This document shows positions 17,811-27,089 of a DNA stretch of 64,000 bases, in pieces. The translations under genes were made by a program, and so were the position numbers. Under the pieces are notes generated by a model, which saw only the letters and a list, made by a program, of their open reading frames with translations, was not told the origin of the DNA and did no database searches. The DNA is taken from the NCBI GenBank assembly GCA_965230995.1, contig OZ246398.1, positions 211,768-275,767 of the forward strand, given 5' to 3'. How positions within the stretch are numbered: the first letter of the stretch is position 1; each line of letters starts with the position of its first letter. The DNA comes from an uncultured Candidatus Saccharibacteria bacterium. Its GTDB lineage: Bacteria > Patescibacteriota > Minisyncoccia > Phycocordibacterales > G965230995.

Positions 17811-18593
17811 TCAATTTTTATCAAGCGCAGATATTATTCTTTTATTTGGTATCCAGCCAGCTTTTATCCATGCTTGGACAAATTTTCTAAATATTTCGGG
17901 ATGACCTCTGTGTCTATTTGCTAGATTTTCGAGTAATACTTGAGCTTTTCTACCGTTTACAAAATCAGTTATGTCCACTCCCGCTTTCTTCCAGTTTCTT
18001 ACAAGGTCTAAAAACATATCTGGATTTTCTCTGCCATATACATCGATATATATTTCTGTCACCAAAAATTCTAGAAAACTCCTAATTTTTAGTGTGTTAA
18101 TAGTATTCTCTACGTTCAAACCAAACATTTTCCATTCTTTTACGAATGCCATGAACATTTCTGGTCCGTTATGTGGGGGTGCTGTTATGACTACAATTGA
18201 AATGGCCTCTTTTTCAAAAAGAGCCTGGACTTCTTTTGAATATACTAGCACATCTATTTCCTTTTCTCCTACGCCTTTAGCTTTAGCTTCGCTTAAATAT
18301 TTTTTTAAGTCGTTTAGACTACGCGGTACTTCTTTTTTCGATTCACGTTTTTGTGTGTCGGTCTCCTTATCTAAAATTTTTTTCCAAGCAATGTTTATTC
18401 TTTTAGAAATTTCTAAGGCATGGGGATTCCTATTGGTATCGGGATGAAATACTTTTTGCAGTTCTCTCCATGCAAGTTTAACTTCTTCAATATTTGCAGT
18501 ATTTGATATTCCTAAAACCTCGTACGGGTCGTCGCTGTAAAAGTGCCTTAGTTCAGGTGTAATTTCATTTGGTTGTAAATTTTCCACGCTCAT
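17811..18593 (-). CDS. J-domain (DnaJ-like) protein with a long uncharacterised C-terminal region
   Basis: DPYEVLGIS...EEVKLAWRELQKVFHPD contains the HPD motif. Confidence 0.65.
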   Translation of the reverse strand: MSVENLQPNEITPELRHFYSDDPYEVLGISNTANIEEVKLAWRELQKVFHPDTNRNPHALEISKRINIAWKKILDKETDTQKRESKKEVPRSLNDLKKYLSEAKAKGVGEKEIDVLVYSKEVQALFEKEAISIVVITAPPHNGPEMFMAFVKEWKMFGLNVENTINTLKIRSFLEFLVTEIYIDVYGRENPDMFLDLVRNWKKAGVDITDFVNGRKAQVLLENLANRHRGHPEIFRKFVQAWIKAGWIPNKRIISALDKN

Positions 18594-18750
18594 ATTTTAT
18601 CACTAAATCTTAAAGTCTAAAAATAAGCGAATCTATTTTGTGTCCTCGCCAGGAATCGGACCTGGATCGCAAGTTCCGCAAACTCGCATTCTATCCATTG
18701 AACTACGAGGACAATGAAAACTTTAACAATAGAAAGCTATCACAAAAACT

Positions 18751-19236
18751 TTAAAAACCCAAGTATTCCAAAACTATTTGAATTAGAGATTCTTCGATTT
18801 TTTCTTGATCTAAATAGTAGCCGAGAAAGAATTGCACAATGTCAGGGTCAATGTCGTCTGCAAGAGGGATGACAATAAGATGCATAAAAAGTTTTTTTGA
18901 TTTTATGAGGACTCTCGGCACGCCGTATGTTGTCTCTATCCAAAAAGAATCGAGCGTGTCATAAGGATAGTGTTCGTTGTTTACATAAATACCTTTGTTG
19001 TCCATTGCGACTTTGAGTAATTCAGGATCGCGGTGTGAAGTAAAAAAAGTGATTATTGTTGCAAGCAAGATAACCACAGCAAAAGTGATATTTCCGAATA
19101 GGACAGAAGATACGATTATTGCAAGAGAAATTATCAAAACAACCCAATACCAGTCGCTACCTTTTTTGGTATGGTTATGTTCTAGTGCTTCGAAATAGAT
19201 AAAATCTTTACTTGTGATTTCTCTCAAAGGATCCAT
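18751..19236 (-). CDS. Hypothetical membrane protein
   Basis: Two predicted TM helices. Confidence 0.4.
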   Translation of the reverse strand: MDPLREITSKDFIYFEALEHNHTKKGSDWYWVVLIISLAIIVSSVLFGNITFAVVILLATIITFFTSHRDPELLKVAMDNKGIYVNNEHYPYDTLDSFWIETTYGVPRVLIKSKKLFMHLIVIPLADDIDPDIVQFFLGYYLDQEKIEESLIQIVLEYLGF

Positions 19237-19295
19237 TCAAAAATTATATCACACTAATTATTTTGTGTATGTGAATATAAAACCTAAACTGTTTT

Positions 19296-19772
19296 TTAAC
19301 CAAGAATAATTCTCCTTACAGAAACAGGTCGGTAGTTTTCGAGAAATTTTTCTTTTGTCCAAAAACAGCTTTTTCCTTCCTTTGCAGTTGCGTGCCAAAT
19401 TTCCTTTCCCGCTATCTTTGTAAACAGAGCAGTGTGGAGAGAAACAATATAATCATCTTCTGTTAAAAAGGTCTCTCGACCTTTATTTATTTTTTCTCCT
19501 TTTTTATTACGAATTGTTTCAGCAAAAATTATGTCACCATCATTTAAATTTTCAAAAGAAAATTCTTTTGAATCATCCCATATTAAATAGCCGGTTTCTC
19601 TATAAGAAGTGGGGCAGAGGACTTTTTGTGGTTCAAGAAAAATACCAAATTTTTCAAATATATAATATTGAACAGCTCGCCTGCAATTTCCGACCGTCCA
19701 ATTTTCAAGTAATTTTTCTTTACTTTCCAACGGACCTTCGTCAAATTTATATACAAACTCCTTTAATATCAT
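19296..19772 (-). CDS. Hypothetical protein, possibly an NlpC/P60-like cysteine peptidase
   Basis: Order GNC..., DGDIIFA, SLHTALF, WHA matches the Cys-His-His layout. Weak call. Confidence 0.3.
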   Translation of the reverse strand: MILKEFVYKFDEGPLESKEKLLENWTVGNCRRAVQYYIFEKFGIFLEPQKVLCPTSYRETGYLIWDDSKEFSFENLNDGDIIFAETIRNKKGEKINKGRETFLTEDDYIVSLHTALFTKIAGKEIWHATAKEGKSCFWTKEKFLENYRPVSVRRIILG

Positions 19773-20635
19773 ACAGATATAATACTATCTTTAATTAGGT
19801 TGTCTTCGTACATAACCTTTGCGACATTTTTCCACAAAAATTCTTCTTTAATTTTTTCTTTTGTGTTCTTTTTGTAAAAAACTCTGAACAATTCATTGCA
19901 TCGGTATATTAAATTAGACTTTTTTGATCTTACAAAATTATGATTCCTTTCTTCTATTTTTATGAAATAGTCCTGGCCTTCTTTGGAAGAAATAGATCCT
20001 CGCAATTGCGTATCTGTTACTCGCAGATTTATTTTTATAGAAAAAGAATATGTGTTTTTAACTTTTAAATCTATTAGGTTATAAAAAACGGTAGCTCCCG
20101 AAGCAAATGGGACTGTTCTACCAGAATCAGGAAAAACGTCTCTTGAATGGTGTTTTCTTTCAACAAAAGCGCATTCTGTTCTTGCGAACATATAAGCCAA
20201 GAGATTTGATAGTTGGCAAAGACCGCCACCAGTGTCTTCTTTTAATTTTCCATCACTTAAAACCAAACCATTTTTGAATCCTCTTTCTTTCGAAGGCTTT
20301 CCAACATATTTCCAAAATGAGAATATTTTTCCGGGTTCGATTGTAACTCCATCCAAATTTTTAATTGCGATTTTAATGTTTTCAATTTTTCCTTCGTCTA
20401 ATTCTCGTTTGTTGTATTTTCTGTAGAGTGGGGAAGAGTGTTCTGATAAATTGAACCATTTATTCAAGCTGGCTTTTTTGTGCAGAGAGAATTTTGGATG
20501 AGTAAAATATACAAGAGCATTAAAAAATCTCTTTGAATTTAATATCAAAGGCAAAACCAGGGGGTATTTTTTTGATAACGAAATACGAGTACTTTTCTCT
20601 TGCGCCTTAATTTCTTCTTTATAATATTCGAGCAT
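19769..20635 (-). CDS. VanW-like protein
   Basis: GGGLCQLSNLLAYM matches the VanW GGG.CQ.S motif. Confidence 0.65.
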   Translation of the reverse strand: MLEYYKEEIKAQEKSTRISLSKKYPLVLPLILNSKRFFNALVYFTHPKFSLHKKASLNKWFNLSEHSSPLYRKYNKRELDEGKIENIKIAIKNLDGVTIEPGKIFSFWKYVGKPSKERGFKNGLVLSDGKLKEDTGGGLCQLSNLLAYMFARTECAFVERKHHSRDVFPDSGRTVPFASGATVFYNLIDLKVKNTYSFSIKINLRVTDTQLRGSISSKEGQDYFIKIEERNHNFVRSKKSNLIYRCNELFRVFYKKNTKEKIKEEFLWKNVAKVMYEDNLIKDSIISV

Positions 20636-20756
20636 TTTATTGGAAAAAGTCTTCTTCGATCATATTTTAATTTTCTGGTTCTGTATAGTTCAGGCTGCTC
20701 TGGATTTAAACTTTTAGTATCAAGTCACTAATGGGTTTCTGAAAAGTTTTACGGGT

Positions 20757-21440
20757 TCAATTTAAGATATGAGGATGGCCCTTATATTTTAGAAGTGCTT
20801 CCTTGCTATTAGTTATAAATGCAGCGAGCTTTTTCTCTGAAAGGGAATACCTGTCTCGAGTTTCTCCATCTTGCACGCCACTTAGAATATCAAGTCCGTA
20901 AGGACTCGTCATTTTGATTAACTCGGAAACATTTTGTGGGTTGAGTCCACCAGCAAGTAGTATGGGGATTTTGAGTTTCTCGATGATTTTTTTACTTATA
21001 TTTGGATCACTTACGACACCAGTTCCTCCAAGCTTTCCTTCAAATCTGGTATCAATTAAGAACAAGTCGGAAAATTTTCTGCACTGCTCGTAATAATCGC
21101 TATTAGCAAAATATTTACTCGTGTCCACAGTTTTGATAATCTTCTTTCCTGTTTTTGTCCGTACTTGCTCTATTTGTTGTATGGTAATATCCTCAACGAT
21201 CTGTATCATACTACAGCCGATTTGTTCAGAGACATGGATGATTTCTTCAGTATTTTCAAAATGGGTTACTAGCACCGTCTCAATTCGTCCACTGACGACT
21301 GAGATTATTTTTTTTGCTGTTTCGATTGGGACAGGTTTTGTTAGGTTAGTTCCCCCAATAACGAAACCTAAAGCACTTGCCCCTTTACGCGTGGCCATTT
21401 CTGCTTCCTCTAGTGAAATTATTCCACAGATCTTTATCAT
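20757..21440 (-). CDS. trpF: Phosphoribosylanthranilate isomerase-like (TrpF family) TIM barrel
   Basis: MIKICGI start and LLAGGL / LDILSGVQ motifs. No other trp genes in the window. Confidence 0.55.
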   Translation of the reverse strand: MIKICGIISLEEAEMATRKGASALGFVIGGTNLTKPVPIETAKKIISVVSGRIETVLVTHFENTEEIIHVSEQIGCSMIQIVEDITIQQIEQVRTKTGKKIIKTVDTSKYFANSDYYEQCRKFSDLFLIDTRFEGKLGGTGVVSDPNISKKIIEKLKIPILLAGGLNPQNVSELIKMTSPYGLDILSGVQDGETRDRYSLSEKKLAAFITNSKEALLKYKGHPHILN

Positions 21441-21562
21441 TTTTTCTGAGTATTTTTTCTGAATACCTATGTTGCTATGCCTGAATATGTTGGTATCAAG
21501 TTCTTGTTGGGGTACGCGAGATTTGAATCCACAGGGACGTCCTTTTTAGGTTCTGTATAGTG

Positions 21563-21649
21563 CGGAGGAGGTGAGATTCGAACTCACGGGACCGTTTCCA
21601 GCCCTCCTGTTTTCAAGACAGGTGCAATCGACCTCTCTGCCACTCCTCC
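21563..21649 (-). tRNA. tRNA-Ser (anticodon UGA), long variable arm
   Basis: Reverse-complement folds to GGAGGAG-UG-GCAG..., anticodon stem CCUGU/ACAGG, loop CUUGAAA, long variable arm, T-arm GUGAG-UUCGAAU-CUCAC, discriminator G. Confidence 0.8.
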
Positions 21650-21722
21650 GCACTACAAACAACCTTATTAATATTTTATGGTGCAAATGCCGTCCGTATA
21701 TTTTGCTTTCGCAAAATAGGTC

Positions 21723-22058
21723 TTATTCTTTTGTTTCAGGATCTTTTTCTTCGGCTTCTGCTTCGTTTGATATTTCTTCTGTCTCTACTCTATATTTACT
21801 TGCAATAAAATAGATATAGATTATGTCCAATATTCCAACGGTGTTTAGAACAAGAAGGATAATAAACCATCTCTTATGTGAAATTCTCGCTGCTTTCCAC
21901 AATGCGATACCTTTCCATGCAATACTCCATGCCATAGCTATAGTAAGCACAACAAGAAAACTTGTTGGTAAATTCAAAGGATTTATACCTGCAGAAGGAA
22001 TGTTATCCATAGGCGACATAATATCAAAAAAATGATATTTGGCAATATGGCTATACAT
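21723..22058 (-). CDS. Small hypothetical membrane protein
   Basis: Two hydrophobic helices and an acidic tail. Confidence 0.35.
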   Translation of the reverse strand: MYSHIAKYHFFDIMSPMDNIPSAGINPLNLPTSFLVVLTIAMAWSIAWKGIALWKAARISHKRWFIILLVLNTVGILDIIYIYFIASKYRVETEEISNEAEAEEKDPETKE

Positions 22059-22086
22059 AACAGCTCACTTGATATAATCTATTTAT

Positions 22087-22818
22087 ATGAGATATATCGG
22101 AATAGATTTTGGTTCAAAGAGAATTGGTATCGCTGTTGGGGATAGTGAAAACAACGTAGCATTTCCAAAATGTGTTGTTCTAAATGACAAAGAAACTATT
22201 CTTGCTATCAAAAAAATAATCACAGAAGAAAAAATTGGGGAGATAGTAATTGGCGAATCAAAAAATCTCGACGGAAGTGACAATCCGATAATGAAAAAGA
22301 TTAAAGTCTTTGTGGAGGAAATTAAAAAAGAAACAAATTTGCCAATCCATTTTGAGCCAGAATTTTTTTCTTCAAAACAAGCTTCGCAGATTCAAGGGGA
22401 AAATGAAATGCTCGATGCATCATCGGCATCGATAATTTTAGGAAGTTATTTAAACAAATTAAAACATAAAGAATCAAAAAAAGAGATGGAAAAAATTACA
22501 ATTGATGATTTTGCAAAAGTAGAGATCAGGGCAGGAAGAATAATTTCTGCAGAAAAAATAGAGGGAAGCGACAAACTTTTGAAATTGTCTGTTGATTTTG
22601 GTGAAGAAAAACCTCGTCAGGTTTTGTCGGGGATAGCAAAATATTTTCCAGAAGGCGAAGGACTTGCAAATAAACTTTGTGCCTTTGTTACCAATTTGCC
22701 ACCAAGAGAAATGATGGGCCTTCTGAGCGAAGCGATGATTCTCGGTTTCAATACTGAAGATAATTTTTCTCTAATGAACGTTAGCGAAACGATACCAGCT
22801 GGTACAAAAGCAAAATAG
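22087..22818 (+). CDS. RuvX/YqgF-like putative pre-16S rRNA nuclease fused to a C-terminal tRNA-binding (Myf/CsaA-like) domain
   Basis: N-terminus MRYIGIDFGSKRIGIAVGD is YqgF-like. The C-terminal 100 aa resemble the tRNA-binding domain found at the MetG C-terminus and in CsaA. Confidence 0.7.
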   Translation: MRYIGIDFGSKRIGIAVGDSENNVAFPKCVVLNDKETILAIKKIITEEKIGEIVIGESKNLDGSDNPIMKKIKVFVEEIKKETNLPIHFEPEFFSSKQASQIQGENEMLDASSASIILGSYLNKLKHKESKKEMEKITIDDFAKVEIRAGRIISAEKIEGSDKLLKLSVDFGEEKPRQVLSGIAKYFPEGEGLANKLCAFVTNLPPREMMGLLSEAMILGFNTEDNFSLMNVSETIPAGTKAK

Positions 22819-22857
22819 CCCTAGAACTTTTTCGTTTGCACAGATATAATAGGGGAG

Positions 22858-23856
22858 ATGACAGTATCTGCAAAACAGCATAAAAAAAATTTCTTTGATT
22901 TTTTTCCTGCGCCAAGATTTTTAAAAATGTCCACTGTGGGACTCGCTTTTTCTGATGACGCAATTCGGATAATAGAATTCAAAGGCTCTGGTAATTCGGT
23001 TTCTCTCGGTAGATTTGGCGAAGTCGCTTTGCCGATTGGGACAATAAAAAACGGATATATAAACGACAAGGCTACTCTTTCTAGATTTTTAAAGGAAATA
23101 AAATCACGAAAAAATCTCTCTTTCGTGAATGCTTCTTTGCCAGAAGAAAAAGGTTATGTTTTTACATTAAAAGTTCCAGAGCTTTCATATAAAGAAATAA
23201 GAAGCAGTATAGAATTTAAAATTGAAGACAATGTTCCGGTTAATTTGTCCGAAGTTATTTTTGATTTTAATGTCGTCCCTAATTCGAGAGATGAAAACGG
23301 AATGATCGAGGTCGCCGTATCTGTATTGCCAGAGAAAGTCGTCAATTCATACGTGGATGCCTTGCATAGTGCTGAAATAGAGCCTGTTGCTTTTGAAATA
23401 GAATCACAAGCTATCGCTCGTTCTGTAATTTCAAGTGATGACAATAATGTTTATGCAATAGTAAACCTATCAAAATTTAAGATGGGTCTATACATAGTAA
23501 GTGGGGGTGTGGTTGTTTTTACTTCTACTGTATCAATGTTAGATAGGGAAAAAGAACAAACAGTAGAGGCTTTTATGATTGAAGAAATCGAAAAACTTTT
23601 TATCTTTTGGACCACAAGAAAAGGGGATGATATTAAACAAAGCGAGCATATTTCTGCGGTGAAATTAGTAGGGGATCATACAGATATAGAAAGGGTTAAA
23701 GCATTTTTGTCTGCCGGGCTTGTTGTGCCTGTTGAGATTGGTAACGTGTGGACTAATGCTTTTTCTCTGGAAACACACATTCCAGAAATTAAAAAGAAAG
23801 ATTCTCTCAGATTTTCTGCTTCGGTTGGGCTTGCTCTACCGCCATATAATAATTAA
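22858..23856 (+). CDS. pilM: Type IV pilus assembly protein PilM (actin-like ATPase fold)
   Basis: Length and the GLAFSDDAIRIIEF start pattern. Followed by pilN and pilO. Confidence 0.65.
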   Translation: MTVSAKQHKKNFFDFFPAPRFLKMSTVGLAFSDDAIRIIEFKGSGNSVSLGRFGEVALPIGTIKNGYINDKATLSRFLKEIKSRKNLSFVNASLPEEKGYVFTLKVPELSYKEIRSSIEFKIEDNVPVNLSEVIFDFNVVPNSRDENGMIEVAVSVLPEKVVNSYVDALHSAEIEPVAFEIESQAIARSVISSDDNNVYAIVNLSKFKMGLYIVSGGVVVFTSTVSMLDREKEQTVEAFMIEEIEKLFIFWTTRKGDDIKQSEHISAVKLVGDHTDIERVKAFLSAGLVVPVEIGNVWTNAFSLETHIPEIKKKDSLRFSASVGLALPPYNN

Positions 23857-23858
23857 AA

Positions 23859-24407
23859 ATGTTTAATTTATTACCAAAACAAGAAAAGGAAAAGATAATG
23901 AAGCAATACAAATTGCGTCGTTTGATAATAATTCTTTTCTTTTCTCTGTTTATTTTTATCTCCGGAGCAATATTCCTTTTACCTTCTTTTATACTCACTC
24001 TATATAGAGAAAAAGATATGCTGTCTCAGGCAAAAACTATCGAGGATGCAAACAAAGGCAACAACAAAGCCGAGCTTGTTTCAAATATAAGGGGAGTGAA
24101 CGATAAAATTAGAAACATAAAGACAAATGAAAACAGGCAAGAATATTACGATATCATTCAGAAAATTATCGAAGAAAAAGACGACAATCTAAAAATAAAT
24201 AGTTTTTTGGTTTTTGATAAACCTGAAGGTGATAAAACACAATACGAAATCCAAATAACAGGAATTGCTAAAACCAGAGACTCGCTTGTTAAATTTAAAA
24301 GCGAAATTGAAAAATCTTCTCTTGGTGCAAAAGTCGACCTACCTGTTGCAAGCCTTGCAAGCGATGTTGATGCCGAATTCGTAATGCGTATCACAATAAA
24401 ACAATGA
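23859..24407 (+). CDS. pilN: PilN-like inner-membrane pilus assembly protein
   Basis: MFNLLP start (INLLP motif) and a single TM. Confidence 0.6.
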   Translation: MFNLLPKQEKEKIMKQYKLRRLIIILFFSLFIFISGAIFLLPSFILTLYREKDMLSQAKTIEDANKGNNKAELVSNIRGVNDKIRNIKTNENRQEYYDIIQKIIEEKDDNLKINSFLVFDKPEGDKTQYEIQITGIAKTRDSLVKFKSEIEKSSLGAKVDLPVASLASDVDAEFVMRITIKQ

Positions 24408-24940
24408 AAGAATCAGGGATATTAAAAAAGGGACTTGCAGTTGTAATTGTTCTCAATTTGGGAGCTTTGATTGCATTTGGATATTTGCTTTATGAAATCA
24501 GAAGCAAAATAAAGGCGACAGATGAATTGTCATATAAAATATCAATAGAGAGAAATCAAAACGATATTATAAGTGAAGCAAAAAAATCCCTAAAAGAAGT
24601 CGAGGAAAAGGTCGTGGTGCTTGATGGATATATTTTAAACGAATCAGATTTTCCAGCATTTTTAACAAGTCTTGAAAAAATAGCGAAGGATTTGAACATT
24701 GTTTATAAAAACGAAATAAAAAAAGTAAATAATTCTGATACAAAAACAGAAAAGTTAGAAATAACTTTCGGAATCGAAGGCGAGTGGAAAAACATAATGA
24801 CGCTCGTTGCTTTGGTTGAAAATCTGCCTTTTGAAATCGATATTTCAAATTTCAACATTCGCGCGTCTGATGGATCAGAAAAGAAAATAGCTCCAGTATG
24901 GAAGGGAAGTCTGACCTTTAGCATCGTAACGGTAAAATAA
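24404..24940 (+). CDS. pilO: PilO-like pilus assembly protein
   Basis: Single N-terminal TM plus coiled coil. Overlaps pilN by 4 nt. Call rests on synteny. Confidence 0.5.
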   Translation: MKESGILKKGLAVVIVLNLGALIAFGYLLYEIRSKIKATDELSYKISIERNQNDIISEAKKSLKEVEEKVVVLDGYILNESDFPAFLTSLEKIAKDLNIVYKNEIKKVNNSDTKTEKLEITFGIEGEWKNIMTLVALVENLPFEIDISNFNIRASDGSEKKIAPVWKGSLTFSIVTVK

Positions 24941-24941
24941 T

Positions 24942-25265
24942 ATGGATATTGGAAACATATACAGAAAAATAAAAGACGTTGGCAAAATAAAAAAGCTTGG
25001 CCCTTCTTTTAATCCAGAGAGAGATTGGAAAATTATTTTTGTCATAGCAGTTTTGTTTTTTGTTGCCCAGGTTGCATTCAACGGATATATTTTCTGGAGT
25101 GTAAAAGAGGGAAACATATTCAACAGTCAAACAAAAATAGAAGATCATATACCAGAAATACTCGTTAAACAGCTTGAAAAAAACATCTCTTTCTTTGAAA
25201 GTAAAAAAATACGTTTTGACCAAATTAAACAAGATGGTTTAAAAACAGTTGACCCAGCGAGATAA
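24942..25265 (+). CDS. Small membrane protein, possibly a PilP-like component
   Basis: Single TM. Position after pilMNO. Confidence 0.3.
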   Translation: MDIGNIYRKIKDVGKIKKLGPSFNPERDWKIIFVIAVLFFVAQVAFNGYIFWSVKEGNIFNSQTKIEDHIPEILVKQLEKNISFFESKKIRFDQIKQDGLKTVDPAR

Positions 25266-25300
25266 TCTGTATATTCTATTTGCATACCATAGTGGTATAT

Positions 25301-25372
25301 CCTCTCGTAGTTCAATGGATAGAACTGCGGACTTCTAAGCCGTCAATGTTGGTTCGATTCCAACCGAGAGGA
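25301..25372 (+). tRNA. tRNA-Arg (anticodon UCU)
   Basis: Acceptor CCUCUCG/CGAGAGG, anticodon loop CUUCUAA, T-arm GUUGG-UUCGAUU-CCAAC, discriminator A. Confidence 0.8.
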
Positions 25373-25390
25373 CAATTGCGAAGCAATTTT

Positions 25391-25514
25391 ACGAACAGGT
25401 TGGAATCGAACCGTAGGAGGGGGTCGGGGAACCTGGGGTTTCCCGTGGAGGAAGGATTGGGAAAACCGTGGGTTTCCCAGGAGTTCGAAGCGAAGCGTCC
25501 AACCGAGAGGACAA
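25391..25514 (+). repeat. tRNA-Arg-linked element. 5' arm GGTTGGAATCGAACC is the complement of the tRNA-Arg T-arm. G-rich core related to the B-type module. 3' end copies the last 17 nt of tRNA-Arg.
   Basis: GTAGGAGGGGGTCGGGGAACC matches the GAGG.GGGGTCG.G motif. GAAGCGAAGCG repeat. TCCAACCGAGAGGACAA is identical to the tRNA 3' end. Preceded by hairpin CAATTGCGAAGCAATTTT. Confidence 0.4.
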
Positions 25515-25553
25515 AATTTTTGCCTATAAAACACAAAAGTATATAATCTCTGT

Positions 25554-26687
25554 ATGAACAGGATTTTTAAGAGGCTTTTGTGGGGAAGGAGAAAAGCAGA
25601 CTCTCTCGTGACTGTTTCCATATCTAAAAAAAATATTCTTCACAATCTTTCAGAATTTCAGAAACTGAGTGGTTCTGTTGCTCCGGTTCTAAAGAGCAAT
25701 GCCTATGGACATGGAATTTTGCAGGTGGCACAAATACTAGAAAACTCGAGTGTTCCTTTTTTTGTTGTTGATTCATATTACGAAGCTCATACTCTGAGAT
25801 ATAACGACATACAAAAACCGCTTTTGGTAATTGGTTACACATCAAAAAAAGTAATGGTAGAAAATCGTTTCAAAGAGATTTCTTTTATGGTTACTAGCCT
25901 AGAATCATTGAAAGAACTTTCTGATTTGAAAAAAAATATTTCCATACATTTGAAAATAGATACTGGTATGAATAGACAGGGAATATTGCCTTCGGAATTA
26001 AACGAAGCACTTTCGTTTATTTCATCAAACAGCCAGATATCTCTATTGGGAGTAGCTACACATTTTGCAGATGCCGACAATGAAGATAAAAAATATTCTT
26101 TGGAACAAATATCAATCTGGAATAAATGCGTAGAAATTGTAAAAGGAAAATTTCCTGAAATAAAATATATACACATATCAAATACGGCTGGCCACGCGTA
26201 TATAAACAAAGCCATATCAAATGTATCGAGGCTTGGTATTGGATTATATGGAATAAAAACAGGTGGACCGATTGACGATATGGTTTCTTTGAAGCCTGCG
26301 ATGAAAGTAAAGACAATAATTACAGGAATAAAAAATATTTCAAAAGGTTCTCGTGTTGGATATTCTGGAACTTTTGTTGCTCAGAAAGAAATGAAAATTG
26401 CTACTATACCTTTTGGATATTTCGAAGGTATGGATAGGAGGCTTTCTAATAAAGGCTATGTAAAAATAGGGGATAGTTTTTCAAAAATTGTCGGTAGAGT
26501 GAGTATGAACATTGCAACAATCGACGTTACGTCAAAAAAAGACATAAAGATCGGAGATGAAGTTTTGCTCATAAGCGATAATTCAAATGATAAAAACAGC
26601 ATAGAAAATATTGCCAGGCTGTGTTCGACGATTCCGTATGAGATTTCAGTCCACATTGAGAGAAGTCTAAAAAGAGAAGTTGTTTAA
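25554..26687 (+). CDS. alr: Alanine racemase
   Basis: PLP-lysine motif VAPVLKSNAYGHG. 377 aa. Confidence 0.85.
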   Translation: MNRIFKRLLWGRRKADSLVTVSISKKNILHNLSEFQKLSGSVAPVLKSNAYGHGILQVAQILENSSVPFFVVDSYYEAHTLRYNDIQKPLLVIGYTSKKVMVENRFKEISFMVTSLESLKELSDLKKNISIHLKIDTGMNRQGILPSELNEALSFISSNSQISLLGVATHFADADNEDKKYSLEQISIWNKCVEIVKGKFPEIKYIHISNTAGHAYINKAISNVSRLGIGLYGIKTGGPIDDMVSLKPAMKVKTIITGIKNISKGSRVGYSGTFVAQKEMKIATIPFGYFEGMDRRLSNKGYVKIGDSFSKIVGRVSMNIATIDVTSKKDIKIGDEVLLISDNSNDKNSIENIARLCSTIPYEISVHIERSLKREVV

Positions 26688-26736
26688 TCTATGTTGAAAA
26701 AAAATAATATTCATATATACTAGCCATATCGTTTAA

Positions 26737-26809
26737 GGGCGATTAGCTCAGTTGGTAGAGCAACCCGTTTACACCGGGAAGGTCATAGGTTCGAGTCCTG
26801 TATCGCCCA
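26737..26809 (+). tRNA. tRNA-Val (anticodon UAC)
   Basis: Acceptor GGGCGAT/ATCGCCC, anticodon loop TTTACAC, T-arm ATAGG-TTCGAGT-CCTGT, discriminator A. Confidence 0.85.
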
Positions 26810-26867
26810 CAGAAAGTAGTATAGAAAGATTATGTTCTACAATTTAGATAGAAATCTATTTTGAAAT

Positions 26868-27042
26868 CCTAGAAAGCTCCTGGGGAGCTTTCGTCCAGGA
26901 CTCGAAGCCCGATTGAGCGACATTGTTTGATTTATCAGACAAGAAGTACTCTTGTGGTGCATAATTACGAGTCCGTTTAGGACGAAGTAATTATCTAATC
27001 GGGGTACTGAACATGTAATGTTCGAGTCCTGTATCGCCCACA
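26868..27042 (+). repeat. A-type tRNA-linked element (tRNA-Val copy)
   Basis: Hairpin GAAAGCTCC-TGG-GGAGCTTTC. CAGGACTCGAA is the complement of the tRNA-Val T-loop and T-stem. The conserved core is identical to the tRNA-Lys copy over ATAATTACGAGTCCGTTTAGGACGAAGTAATTATC. The last 22 nt, TTCGAGTCCTGTATCGCCCACA, are identical to the tRNA-Val 3' end. Confidence 0.5.
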
Positions 27043-27089
27043 ATTACAAAATCCACCCACAAGGGTGTGATTTTGTTTGTGGGCGATAC

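Noticed and set aside
21571-21813. Plus-strand ORF 21571..21813
   Set aside because: Overlaps tRNA-Ser on the opposite strand. Ser/Leu-rich low-complexity translation.
25280-25621. Track ORFs 25280..25546, 25312..25536 and 25343..25621 over tRNA-Arg and its flanking G-rich element
   Set aside because: The region is explained by the tRNA plus structured repeat. Translations are Arg/Pro/Gly-rich artefacts of G-rich sequence.
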